Shown here: positions 1-8,423 of the stretch, piece by piece
How the letters are laid out: each line of letters begins with the position of its first letter
How positions within the stretch are numbered: the stretch's first letter is position 1
Virus record (IMG/VR): IMGVR_UViG_3300037312_000769
Span: 5,059-69,058 of that record
Length of the DNA stretch: 64,000 nt
Strand: one strand, 5' to 3'
DNA from: a virus
Translations under genes and position numbers: made by a program
Notes under the pieces: generated by a model
Seen by the model: only the letters and a program-made list of their open reading frames with translations
Told to the model about the DNA's origin: nothing
Database searches by the model: none

Positions 1-1
1 G

Positions 2-355
2 CACTTCAACGATCTGGATTTTACTGTGGTCGCAGAAGCCCATGATTATCGAGTCGAGTTCAAGATATACGACATCGTGGGTTTTGAGGAAGGCGAGACA
101 AAGGGCATCTATGACCGTCCGGTATGGCAGAGGGCTGGAGCACACGTGAGCCCCGACATAGTGGATACTCTGAACAATGCCGAGGTCTATCTAAGCGGCC
201 ACGTTAAGTGGGATGGCTGCAGCAATTGGCGCTTCGATGAGCAAGACCGTTGCATGTTGCACGGTTGCGGCAAGGCCGATATTCAACGTTTCGGTGCCAT
301 CATGGCCGCGTGCTGGGATTGGGCCGCCGAGCTTTGCCCAAACTGGATGGATTGA
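2..355 (+). CDS. hypothetical protein, 5'-truncated by the window edge
   Basis: The frame of ORF 26..355 stays open back to position 2 with no upstream stop, so the gene probably starts outside the window. Confidence 0.35.
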   Translation, partial: HFNDLDFTVVAEAHDYRVEFKIYDIVGFEEGETKGIYDRPVWQRAGAHVSPDIVDTLNNAEVYLSGHVKWDGCSNWRFDEQDRCMLHGCGKADIQRFGAIMAACWDWAAELCPNWMD

Positions 356-383
356 CGCGCGCCGAATGACGGCAAGAGGAGGG

Positions 384-593
384 ATGATGGACGATTGTCA
401 GATGCCAAACGGAGGATGCTTGCGCGACGACGAGAGCGGGGCTTGTCCGCTATGCGATGAGGATGGCGCAGACAGAATCGCCGAGTGGTATTCGAAGCCT
501 CCCCATGGAGCCGGAGATTTCGTGTCAACTCATGTGTCTTTGAACTCGGACGGATCGGCCGCGCTGGGCGGCTATATCCAGCGAAGGATTTGA
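384..593 (+). CDS. small Cys-rich zinc-ribbon-like protein (about 69 aa)
   Basis: ATG at 384 sits just after a GGAGGG Shine-Dalgarno. CxxxxxC and CPLC pairs occur in the first 30 aa. Lies inside the 213..593 frame. Confidence 0.4.
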   Translation: MMDDCQMPNGGCLRDDESGACPLCDEDGADRIAEWYSKPPHGAGDFVSTHVSLNSDGSAALGGYIQRRI

Positions 594-624
594 CGCGCAA
601 CCGGAAGCGGTTGGCTAGGGAGGC

Positions 625-852
625 GTGGTGATCAAGGTGCAAACATACGACGCCGGAATAGGCTGGGTTCACGCAACCCGGGCTGGCGACCTCCCGGCTG
701 CGTGGGGCGTTCTAGCTGGATACCGGAAAAGGTGGCCCTCAGAGCAGCATCGCCTGGTTAGCGTCGATGATGATGGGAGGGTAACGGTCATGCCGGACAA
801 CGCAGACATGTTGTCGCTGTTCGATGACGAGAACGATGATGCCAAAGTCTGA
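625..852 (+). CDS. hypothetical small protein
   Basis: GTG start preceded by a GGGAGG Shine-Dalgarno; 75-aa ORF. Confidence 0.4.
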   Translation: MVIKVQTYDAGIGWVHATRAGDLPAAWGVLAGYRKRWPSEQHRLVSVDDDGRVTVMPDNADMLSLFDDENDDAKV

Positions 853-881
853 TTAATGCGCGCTCAAGCGCGGGAGGCGGA

Positions 882-1103
882 ATGAACTTACGATTTATTG
901 ATCCGCGAGAAGCGGTCTTATACGAGGCCGGCGTTGGACTCGATGCTATCGGCTCGATGAGATACGTGAAGTTGCCACGCCGCGATCGCGCCGAGGCGGA
1001 TCATGATTATCGGCAACGTCTCATCGCGCGGTTGTTCGGTGAAAACTTCGGGGAAGACCTTACACCGCTGGCATCGCCTCCACCGTCTCCAACGCCGCAA
1101 TAA
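882..1103 (+). CDS. hypothetical small protein
   Basis: ATG preceded by a GGGAGG Shine-Dalgarno; 73-aa ORF. Confidence 0.4.
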   Translation: MNLRFIDPREAVLYEAGVGLDAIGSMRYVKLPRRDRAEADHDYRQRLIARLFGENFGEDLTPLASPPPSPTPQ

Positions 1104-1665
1104 CTCGCCCGATCTCATGATCGATCGTGTTGACGATGGGCAGCGCCGGCTTACCGATGCGGATCAGCATGGCCGCATGCCGCCAATCGAGCGGAACCGT
1201 GGGGACGATGTCGAGCCCGTTCCTGAAGAGGCGCACGTCCACCCGCGCCAGCGCCACGCGCGCGCTCATATCCGGGCTCACCCTGGGCGGTTCGAAGCCG
1301 TACACGACGGAAGGCGGGTTGCCTGAGATCGTCATGTCGAGTGCGGCAGCGACCGCCAGAGCAGCGCCCAAGCTGTGACCGACTAGCGTTACCGGCCGTC
1401 CATTGATCGCGGCCAGCACGTCGACCGAAATCGCCTTCCACGCATTCCAAAAGCCCGCGTGAAATTTCCCGGCGCCAACGACGTCGACCGTTTCGATGTC
1501 GAAATCGGCTTCCCAACTAGGCTCATTGTCGGAACCGCGGAAGGCAACGACGAGCCCCGCCGCCGTTTGCCGCACGATCGCGCGCGAGGCGCTATCCGCT
1601 TTGCCGATGTCGGGGGCTGCGGTATAGGCCTCTTGCGCGAGCAGAGCGAAGTCGCGGGCGTTCAT
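1060..1665 (-). CDS. class-3 (fungal-type) lipase, alpha/beta-hydrolase fold
   Basis: GHSLGAA nucleophile elbow and the FRGSDN...W lipase_3 signature. No signal peptide. Last gene of a 4-bp-overlapping operon. Confidence 0.7.
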   Translation of the reverse strand: MNARDFALLAQEAYTAAPDIGKADSASRAIVRQTAAGLVVAFRGSDNEPSWEADFDIETVDVVGAGKFHAGFWNAWKAISVDVLAAINGRPVTLVGHSLGAALAVAAALDMTISGNPPSVVYGFEPPRVSPDMSARVALARVDVRLFRNGLDIVPTVPLDWRHAAMLIRIGKPALPIVNTIDHEIGRVIAALETVEAMPAV

Positions 1666-2129
1666 TATGCCGCCGGCACAGCCGAAGCTGGCATCGCCGG
1701 TTGTGCGGCGTTGTACTGCGCCACGGCGGTATTGAGCGCCGTCTGAAGAGCAATCGCGCCGATGGCAATCAGCGTCTTGTCGTCCTGCGACATCGACGAA
1801 CCGTTGACGAGCTTCAAGCCAGCCGGAATCGCCGTATTGGCAAATGCCGTGATACTGGCGACGCTGACCGTCTCATGGGCCGCACAGAAGGCGGTCGTGT
1901 AGGTGTAGACCTGATCGACGACAGCGGCTTGATCGGGCGTAAGCCCGGGCTCGAGCGATTTGATCGACGTAAGCGACGGGCCGGCGGCCGTACAGGCTAT
2001 GCTGACTTGCGAATGGATCTCGGCGAGCAGTTGAGCGGGTGTTTGGTTTGCCGCGCCAGTCGAGGCACAGCCAGTGAAAAGCATGGACGCGGCGACACCT
2101 GCCGCGAGCAGCATGAGATTGCGTTTCAT
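1665..2129 (-). CDS. lipoprotein
   Basis: N-terminus MKRNLMLLAAGVAASMLFTGC carries a lipobox. The internal ATG at 2127-2129 was chosen over the longer ORF 1665..2294. Confidence 0.6.
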   Translation of the reverse strand: MKRNLMLLAAGVAASMLFTGCASTGAANQTPAQLLAEIHSQVSIACTAAGPSLTSIKSLEPGLTPDQAAVVDQVYTYTTAFCAAHETVSVASITAFANTAIPAGLKLVNGSSMSQDDKTLIAIGAIALQTALNTAVAQYNAAQPAMPASAVPAA

Positions 2130-2139
2130 GATTGATTCC

Positions 2140-2457
2140 TTACGGAGTGACTTTGATTGCCGCGGCTGCGGCGTTTGAGACTGCGGTGGCGACGCTAGAA
2201 ACGGTTGCGCCCTGGGCAGTGAGCGGGGCCGTCGCGCCAATGGCTGTCGCTTGGTAATGGACGACAATCGAGCCGTCAGCGGATTTCGTGGCATCGATGT
2301 TCAGCGAGCCGATGTCGCGCCAATCCATCGCGGAAAACTCGCAACATTCCATCTGGCCGCTAGTCGGTTCGCGAAACGGGCGGACGGAGAACGTTGCGCT
2401 TCCCGCGCAGGCCGACAGAGCCAAAGCCGCGGCGCAAGCGAGCGCGAGGCGGATCAT
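2140..2457 (-). CDS. small lipoprotein
   Basis: MIRLALACAAALALSAC signal peptide with lipobox; 105 aa. Confidence 0.55.
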   Translation of the reverse strand: MIRLALACAAALALSACAGSATFSVRPFREPTSGQMECCEFSAMDWRDIGSLNIDATKSADGSIVVHYQATAIGATAPLTAQGATVSSVATAVSNAAAAAIKVTP

Positions 2458-2693
2458 TGCGCTGGCGTCGTCGGCACGCTGACGGTGATACTCGACGAGA
2501 CGCCAGCCGGTTTCTTCGCCATGAACGTTTGCGCCAACCAGTGCGCGCCCGATACGATGCCGACAGCAATCGAAACTTGGGCATCGCCATCGAGATCGAT
2601 GTGGTAATGCTTGACGATCGCCGCGAGGACAGACAGCACGGCAGCCGTTACCGCGCCGGCTGCGCCCGTTTGGGCGGGGGAAAGTTTGTTCAT
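2454..2693 (-). CDS. small two-TM membrane protein (holin-like topology)
   Basis: Internal ATG start (MNKLSP...). Two hydrophobic helices. 4-bp overlaps with both neighbouring genes. Confidence 0.45.
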   Translation of the reverse strand: MNKLSPAQTGAAGAVTAAVLSVLAAIVKHYHIDLDGDAQVSIAVGIVSGAHWLAQTFMAKKPAGVSSSITVSVPTTPAQ

Positions 2694-3298
2694 GCGTGCT
2701 CCTGATGAAGTGCTTTGAGCTCGTCCGGTGAATAGACGAAGCCGGGGATGAGGAACGCTTGAACGTTCCACACGGGATCGCTCTCTTCGTGTCGGCCGTG
2801 GCCTTTACCGCGGTGATGCAGCTCGCAGAGAGGGAGTTGGTTGTAGACCGAATCGACGAAGGTTTCGGGCTTCGCTGGATCGAATGCTTCCCAATCGAAA
2901 CCCTGCGTGAGTCGGATCAGGTCCCACACGGGATGCTTCTTCGGAATCGGCACGGTGCGCTGCAGCTTGTGCGAGAACATGACGTCGGTCTTGTTGAGCG
3001 CGACGTCGCGGATCCAGCCGAATGCGATCGCATAGCTGTAGGCCCATTCGAAGAATCGGTGATGCGATTCGACCTTTTCATCGTCGCCGCATACCGCGCA
3101 AACGTAGCCGCCCTCGGCCTTCATTTCGCGCTTGCTGGCGCGGAAGATCGCCGATTCAGTGCGCGGCTCGTGGCCCGGGTAGAAGACATCTTCGGATAGC
3201 GTGCGATGCGTTTCGTGCGTCTGTGCGGCAGCAAGCCCTTCGGCCGTGCATTGGTCGCACTTGTGCTCGAGCGGCACGTCATGGCTGCATCGGGTCAT
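2690..3298 (-). CDS. Cys/His-rich putative HNH-type nuclease
   Basis: CAVCG..ESHH...N...H followed by CELHHRGKGHGRHE resembles an HNH/zinc-finger arrangement. The assignment is tentative. Confidence 0.4.
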   Translation of the reverse strand: MTRCSHDVPLEHKCDQCTAEGLAAAQTHETHRTLSEDVFYPGHEPRTESAIFRASKREMKAEGGYVCAVCGDDEKVESHHRFFEWAYSYAIAFGWIRDVALNKTDVMFSHKLQRTVPIPKKHPVWDLIRLTQGFDWEAFDPAKPETFVDSVYNQLPLCELHHRGKGHGRHEESDPVWNVQAFLIPGFVYSPDELKALHQEHA

Positions 3299-3310
3299 GA
3301 TCGGATCCAG

Positions 3311-3336
3311 AAATGAAAAACCCGGCCGGAGCCGGG
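3311..3336 (-). terminator. intrinsic terminator, minus strand, between the Rha gene and the accessory operon
   Basis: Hairpin cccggc-cgga-gccggg followed, on the minus strand, by a U-rich run (TTTTTCATTTC). Confidence 0.5.
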
Positions 3337-3337
3337 T

Positions 3338-3835
3338 TCAATGAGTGAGGAGGGAGGGTTGAATCTGCCGCTCGAGTAGGTTGCGCTCAGCATCTAGCGT
3401 GGGTATCTCGCGCTTTCGCTCAAGCATCAGGTGCGAGCCGAATGACGCGCGGACCTTCGATTCGACCTCGCGTGCGATCAACGCTTGCATCTGATGCCAG
3501 AGCGATTGCTCGCGCCGGCCGAGTTCGTCGCGCATGCGGAAGAATTCGGCGACGATCTCCTCTTTAAAGTCCATCACCTTTTCTGAATTGCTCATGAACG
3601 CCAGCAGCAGCGTCGCTTGCTGCTCGTTCAACATCGCATACTCGGTCGGTTTGCCGCGGCGGTTTAATCGGATTTCGAATCTGATTTTGCCGAAGCGCTC
3701 GAAACGCCTTTCGTGGCGACGAATCAGCTTGATGACACTGGCGTGCTGCTGATCGACGCCTCGGGCGATGATTTCGGTCGACGCGCGCGGCTCGCCTTCG
3801 AGCGGAACGACGAGAGGGAACGGAAAGTCTTGCAT
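3338..3835 (-). CDS. phage regulatory protein, Rha family (antirepressor-like)
   Basis: Conserved Rha-like core (VIKLIRRHERRFERFGKIRFEIRL...EYAMLNEQQATLLLAFM) from the internal ATG at 3833-3835. Paralogous to 43345..44076. Confidence 0.6.
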   Translation of the reverse strand: MQDFPFPLVVPLEGEPRASTEIIARGVDQQHASVIKLIRRHERRFERFGKIRFEIRLNRRGKPTEYAMLNEQQATLLLAFMSNSEKVMDFKEEIVAEFFRMRDELGRREQSLWHQMQALIAREVESKVRASFGSHLMLERKREIPTLDAERNLLERQIQPSLLTH

Positions 3836-3925
3836 GGGAATCTCCCGCAGATCCCGGTGATGAGGGACCACGGCAACGCGCCCGGGAAGCACGCTTTCGG
3901 CTGGCCTGCCTAGCCGCGGTCTTTG

Positions 3926-3951
3926 AAATGAAAAAGCCGCCCGAAGGCGGC
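3926..3951 (-). terminator. intrinsic terminator downstream of the endolysin
   Basis: Hairpin gccgccttcgggcggc followed by a T-run on the minus strand. Confidence 0.5.
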
Positions 3952-3977
3952 AGGTTGCGGAATTGGGAGAACGACGG

Positions 3978-4532
3978 CTACGTGGCGATGCCGAGTGCTT
4001 TCTTCGCCGCGGCGTACAACGTCTGCCGATCGACGAGCCCGTTCGTACCGCCGTTGATGCAGCGCGTGAGCGTGACGAAATCGCCGGCCAACGCCAGCGG
4101 CGTGAGCTTTTTGTTCCACCAGAACCAAGCGGCCGACATCGCGGCATGCTCCGGCTGCTCGAGCAGCTCGGGATGGTTCAGGAGATCCAGATCCAGCGCG
4201 ACGGCCGCAAGCGCGTAGTTCGCACGCCCGGTGATCTGGATCAGGCCACGGCCGCAGAAGCGCTGTCCATCGCCGACCTGCGTGTTACCGAGTTCGGTCG
4301 CCTTCGTCGACGGCGGCTCATATGCGCGCTGCGCGATCGTCGGGCCCCACAGTTCTTTCGTGAAGACGAGGCGCCCCGACTCGTGCCCGGTCTGCGCCAG
4401 GAACGCCGCGACGTCGAGCGGCTCGACGATCTGGTAGTGGTCGCACGCGGCCTGCATGAATGGCGCGAAGAGAGAAGCGCGCGACGGCGTCGCGCCGGTA
4501 CCGGCCGCGACGATTTGAGGCGTGAGGTTCAT
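3978..4532 (-). CDS. endolysin, glycoside hydrolase family 19 (chitinase-like lysozyme)
   Basis: GHESG and GRGLIQITGRANY GH19 signature motifs. ATG at 4530-4532 overlaps the holin stop. Confidence 0.8.
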   Translation of the reverse strand: MNLTPQIVAAGTGATPSRASLFAPFMQAACDHYQIVEPLDVAAFLAQTGHESGRLVFTKELWGPTIAQRAYEPPSTKATELGNTQVGDGQRFCGRGLIQITGRANYALAAVALDLDLLNHPELLEQPEHAAMSAAWFWWNKKLTPLALAGDFVTLTRCINGGTNGLVDRQTLYAAAKKALGIAT

Positions 4533-4906
4533 AGAACCGCCAAGACGAGCTTGAGGGCATCGGCCAACCACGAGGGGAACTGCCCGTGCTCGCGGTACGA
4601 AATGATCGCGATCAGAAACAGCACGATCACGACGAACGTGCCCACCGGGAACAGCACCTTCTTCAGAATGAAAGTCCACGCCTCGGCGCAGCGACAAAAA
4701 AACCTCACAGCCGCAACGCCACCGCTCCACATCGACACGACGTCTTCCGTGCCCTTTACGACGGCGTCCAGCTTGGCGCCCATCTGTGCGAGTGCCGCAT
4801 CCTGCTGCTTCAGATGAGTCGTGATAGATGAAAGGGCCTCCGCTACTTCGGCGAAACGCTCATCGCCGCGCTGCAAGCGTTCATTGATCACCTCGATCTC
4901 GCTCAT
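4529..4906 (-). CDS. putative holin (N-terminal coiled coil, C-terminal TM hairpin)
   Basis: Sits immediately upstream of, and translationally coupled to, the endolysin. Two C-terminal TM segments. Confidence 0.5.
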   Translation of the reverse strand: MSEIEVINERLQRGDERFAEVAEALSSITTHLKQQDAALAQMGAKLDAVVKGTEDVVSMWSGGVAAVRFFCRCAEAWTFILKKVLFPVGTFVVIVLFLIAIISYREHGQFPSWLADALKLVLAVL

Positions 4907-4914
4907 TGGCTCCC

Positions 4915-4943
4915 CGGAAAAGAAAAAGCCGCTCGAGGGCGGC
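4915..4943 (-). terminator. intrinsic terminator immediately upstream of the holin (tR'-like position)
   Basis: Hairpin gccgccctcgagcggc plus TTTTTCTTTT on the minus strand, about 10 nt before the holin start. Confidence 0.45.
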
Positions 4944-5078
4944 TGGCTTTGGTGTGACGCTTGACTTTTGTTCCTAAAGGGAACATATTAGAACCGTTGG
5001 GCGCGCTCTCCGCGACTGCCCGCTACTCCGAAAGGACGATTGTGAAGACCACTTTTCGCGCGCGCGTTCGGCGCTTAC

Positions 5079-5387
5079 TTGCCCATGTCCATTCGTTACG
5101 AGCCGCCATCGCCGCAGGATCTACGCGACCTCAAGCAACGTCTGAAATATTCCGGTTCGCAGATGGCAGAACTGTTCGGACTCGCCAGTTCCCAGCAGTG
5201 GCACAAGTACTGCGGCGGCACGGAGCCGCGGCCAATGAGCCTTCCCATGCTGTTTCTTGCGGCGGCGCTGCTAAATCGCACCGCGACCGTCGACCAGCTC
5301 TTCGACTGGTGCAGGGAGGTCGGCGCAACGATCGAGATCAGCGAAACGCAGCGACGCCAGGCGCCCGATGGAGAGCTGCAGTCATAG
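5079..5387 (+). CDS. small HTH DNA-binding protein
   Basis: 102 aa. The stop lies 2 nt before the next gene's ATG. HTH-like segment LKYSGSQMAELFGLASSQQWHKY. Confidence 0.5.
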   Translation: MPMSIRYEPPSPQDLRDLKQRLKYSGSQMAELFGLASSQQWHKYCGGTEPRPMSLPMLFLAAALLNRTATVDQLFDWCREVGATIEISETQRRQAPDGELQS

Positions 5388-5389
5388 CG

Positions 5390-6124
5390 ATGTCGCTCGG
5401 CTGCGCGACCGTGTCGCTGACGGCGTGTGGTGGGGGCGGAGGCGGCAATACGCAGGCGCCCTCGTCATCGACTGCGACTCAGACGGTGGCGTCCCCGGCA
5501 ACCATAACCCCGATAGTCCTCATTGAGTCGTACGGCGATTCGACAATGTGGGGCTTCGCTTCGACGTCTCCGATGACCGGCGCATACACGCAATACAACG
5601 CGCCGTACTACCTGCAACAGTATTTGCAGGGCATCTACGGCGCCGGCGTGAGCGTGTCGGATCAAGGCAAAGGCGCTACAACGCTGGAAGAGCTCATCAG
5701 CGGCTCAGATGGCATGCATCCGGCCTGGGCGACGCAGATGCAAACCTCGACCGCAAAAATCGCGATCGTCAATCACGCCCTGAACGACGACGTGGTCGGC
5801 GAAACGCTCGATCAATACCGGGCGCTACTGATCGACTTTGTGTCGACGGCCCGCCAATATGGCAAGACGCCGGTACTGGAAGAGCCGAATCCTTCGTGTG
5901 ATCCGGCCCGCGCCAACCTCGGCGACTACGTGAAAGTCATGGATCAAGTCGCGCAGGACATGGACGTTCCGCTGATCTCGCAGTGGGCCTACATTCAAAC
6001 ACTGCCGGACTGGAAAGGTTACTTTGCTGACTGCATTCACCCCAATCCGGCGATGTACCAGATCAAAGCCCAGCGTGAGGCAGTTATCTTGTCACCGCTG
6101 GTCGCGAATCTGCTGACTCATTGA
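5390..6124 (+). CDS. SGNH/GDSL hydrolase lipoprotein
   Basis: Internal ATG start MSLGCATVSLTACGG with a lipobox. GDS motif (ESYGDSTMWGF) and the catalytic DCIHPN (DxxH) motif. Confidence 0.7.
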   Translation: MSLGCATVSLTACGGGGGGNTQAPSSSTATQTVASPATITPIVLIESYGDSTMWGFASTSPMTGAYTQYNAPYYLQQYLQGIYGAGVSVSDQGKGATTLEELISGSDGMHPAWATQMQTSTAKIAIVNHALNDDVVGETLDQYRALLIDFVSTARQYGKTPVLEEPNPSCDPARANLGDYVKVMDQVAQDMDVPLISQWAYIQTLPDWKGYFADCIHPNPAMYQIKAQREAVILSPLVANLLTH

Positions 6125-7151
6125 TGAGAACGGCCATGGCTGGACGATGAGCGCCCTTTGCGATGCTCACGCTGTCTTCGTCGGTGATGGTGCGCGCAAT
6201 CAAGTCCGACAACAGATCGTAGCCGGCAGGCGAGGGATGGATCAGATCGGGAGCCGGGTTGATGTATTTCGCCAACGCGCCCGGTTCCCGCTGCATCACT
6301 GCATGCGTATCGATTAGCGTGACGTTGGCATGGCATCCACAGGCTGCGTACCATTGCCTGATCGCCGCGTTTCGCTCATGGACCAAATAAGCCAACTTGT
6401 CGCCTCGAATCGGCAACGTGCTTACATACACATGCGGGCGATTTCCTCGGCGCAACAAGGCCTTCACGATGCCCGAAATATTGCTCGCCGTGCCCTTCGG
6501 ATACATGCCCCCGTCGTTCGAGCCGATGAGCAAAAAATAGGCATCGCTTGTCGGGACTTCGTTGATCCGCTGTAGCGTCTGATAAGAGTTGTCGCCACCA
6601 TGACCGTCATGACCGAAGCCGAATGAATCGGTATGCGAGCCAATGAAGCGATACCCCGGCAGCTTTTCGGCAAGCTTGCATCGAAATGACTGCCCGTTGT
6701 CGAACCATGTCATGCTGTCGCCGATGGTCACAAGCGTTCTTTTGCCCGACTGGGGGCGAGCAGCAGAGACAGAAGACACCTGATAATTTCCCGGCACCTG
6801 CGGATATTTCCCGTCTGCCCATTGGACGCCCCAAAAGGCAGTTCGATGGGTCTTTGCACTGTCAAACCATTCGCCAGGGAATCGAAAAAACCACGAATCG
6901 CCCCCGTTGTCTTGGACGCGGTAAAGCGTGTTGTAATTAAACGTGTTCGCAGAAACGGCCTGCGGATCGCTCGGGACTAAGTTGCCTGCCGTCTTGTCGA
7001 ACCAAATATAGGTCGGCGCGAATTCTGCTATCCGCATGCGTCCGAAGTCGTGCAGCACGACAGGATTCTCTCCGATACGCAGCGCACAGTGGCCACCCGC
7101 CACCGCTGCGACCGACCAAACAGCAAGTAAAATTGATGCAAAAAGTCTCAT
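6084..7151 (-). CDS. secreted SGNH/GDSL hydrolase
   Basis: Sec signal peptide MRLFASILLAVWSVAAVAGG. TIGDSMTW GDS block and DLIHPSPAGY DxxH block. The 3' end is convergent with, and overlaps, gene 5390..6124. Confidence 0.65.
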   Translation of the reverse strand: MRLFASILLAVWSVAAVAGGHCALRIGENPVVLHDFGRMRIAEFAPTYIWFDKTAGNLVPSDPQAVSANTFNYNTLYRVQDNGGDSWFFRFPGEWFDSAKTHRTAFWGVQWADGKYPQVPGNYQVSSVSAARPQSGKRTLVTIGDSMTWFDNGQSFRCKLAEKLPGYRFIGSHTDSFGFGHDGHGGDNSYQTLQRINEVPTSDAYFLLIGSNDGGMYPKGTASNISGIVKALLRRGNRPHVYVSTLPIRGDKLAYLVHERNAAIRQWYAACGCHANVTLIDTHAVMQREPGALAKYINPAPDLIHPSPAGYDLLSDLIARTITDEDSVSIAKGAHRPAMAVLINESADSRPAVTR

Positions 7152-7222
7152 GGCCCCCTCGTTTTCGCGCGATGTTACCAGAAAACCCGTGAGGCATAGC
7201 CACCCCCATTCCCGGTGCAAAC

Positions 7223-8419
7223 CTACTGGAAAAAGGTCCCAACGACGGCGGCATCCGCTGCGACACCGCTCGAGTTGTAGGTGAACACGTTGACGGTAGA
7301 CGAACTCACGATCGTCCATTCGAGCCGACCTGTTGAGCAGCACAGATTATGCGTGAAGCCTGTATTTCCGAACGGAAGTCCGGAAATCACGTATTGTCCA
7401 GTCGCGCTTTTTGAAATTGTGCAATTGACAGCCTTGATGATCGTGTTTGACGTGCCGTCATAGTTTATTTGCGCGTTCGGGCCACCCAATCCAGCTGATG
7501 TTCCATTTAGGAATGCCTTACCCTCGGAGGCATCGACAAGTTCGTTTGTGCAGCCATAGTATTTCGGGTCGACAAGTGAAACATTAACATCGGTGGCACC
7601 AATCACGACCCCGTTTAGCAGAGACTCGAGGCGCGGGGAAACAAGAGTGGTGCCGCCCGTATTGCCATTTAATTGCACGCCGGTCATCGTATTGCCGGGT
7701 TGCTCGACGCCAATATTTATTAGAACATTGGCATTGACAAGATTAAAGCCGGACGGAGCGAAAAGATGGCCAATTGCATTGGTCAGGCTGGATTGCGCGC
7801 GACCGCCCAGGATGGTGTTTGCGTTCGCTCCATCATGGTAATAGGTGCCGTACTGCACGTTTCCCGTGTATAGACCAAAAATCTTGTTATACGTTGCCTG
7901 GAGGCTTGTGTTCGTGCTACCTAAATACAGTGCTGACGATCCGACGCCACCATATCCATAAGCAAAGCAATCGTCGATCCGACAAAACATCATGTCGGTG
8001 AAATCCAGTACTCTCGCCAAACCAGCGCTGTCCAAGAATTGGATATTGGACATTTCAAAATCGAAGGTTTGCGACGTGCCCTTTGTTGCCGCATACAAAC
8101 CAGACGCACCAGACGATATGAACTTGAAAATCGTGCCTTGATTTCCGCCAGAACCTCTCGCATTGCCGCGAAGTTGCGTGCTGCTTCTGGCTTTAACATA
8201 TTGAACTGCGACAGTGCCGAATGGGGCATTGACAATTCCTGCTTGCGCCATCGCGTTATCAACGATGCTCGTGCAGTCGTTTGCGCCGGTCAGATCAAGT
8301 CCATTGAAGTCTCGTAGGTCGCAAATGTCGCTCATTTTGTCATGAGACGACCTGGTGGCAGGGCCAGTGACATTTGCAACATAACTTACTTGGGCGGAAT
8401 CCGAGCTGAAGTAATTCAT
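7223..8419 (-). CDS. right-handed beta-helix (pectate-lyase fold) polysaccharide depolymerase / tailspike-like protein
   Basis: N-terminus DICDLRDFNGLDLTGANDCTSIVDNAMAQA matches the start of pectate-lyase-superfamily beta-helices. Gly/Asn/Thr-rich repeats. Lacks an obvious tail-anchor domain. Confidence 0.55.
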   Translation of the reverse strand: MNYFSSDSAQVSYVANVTGPATRSSHDKMSDICDLRDFNGLDLTGANDCTSIVDNAMAQAGIVNAPFGTVAVQYVKARSSTQLRGNARGSGGNQGTIFKFISSGASGLYAATKGTSQTFDFEMSNIQFLDSAGLARVLDFTDMMFCRIDDCFAYGYGGVGSSALYLGSTNTSLQATYNKIFGLYTGNVQYGTYYHDGANANTILGGRAQSSLTNAIGHLFAPSGFNLVNANVLINIGVEQPGNTMTGVQLNGNTGGTTLVSPRLESLLNGVVIGATDVNVSLVDPKYYGCTNELVDASEGKAFLNGTSAGLGGPNAQINYDGTSNTIIKAVNCTISKSATGQYVISGLPFGNTGFTHNLCCSTGRLEWTIVSSSTVNVFTYNSSGVAADAAVVGTFFQ

Positions 8420-8423
8420 ATTT

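Noticed and set aside
2140-2771. The TM protein plus small lipoprotein immediately downstream as an Rz/Rz1 spanin pair.
   Set aside because: The Rha and HNH-like genes and a terminator separate them from the endolysin. The lipoproteins are not Pro-rich and are too long. The periplasmic coiled coil expected of spanins is missing.
4529-4906. Interpreting the pre-endolysin protein as an i-spanin (Rz) rather than a holin.
   Set aside because: Its topology is an N-terminal soluble coiled coil with C-terminal TM helices, the reverse of Rz (N-terminal TM, periplasmic coiled coil). No Pro-rich o-spanin lipoprotein is embedded or adjacent. Holin remains the better, though unproven, call.
4961-6124. 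The long 387-aa form of the SGNH lipoprotein ORF.
   Set aside because: The first 143 codons overlap the independently supported HTH gene 5079-5387 in another frame. The internal ATG at 5390 gives a clean signal peptide and lipobox 2 nt after the HTH stop.
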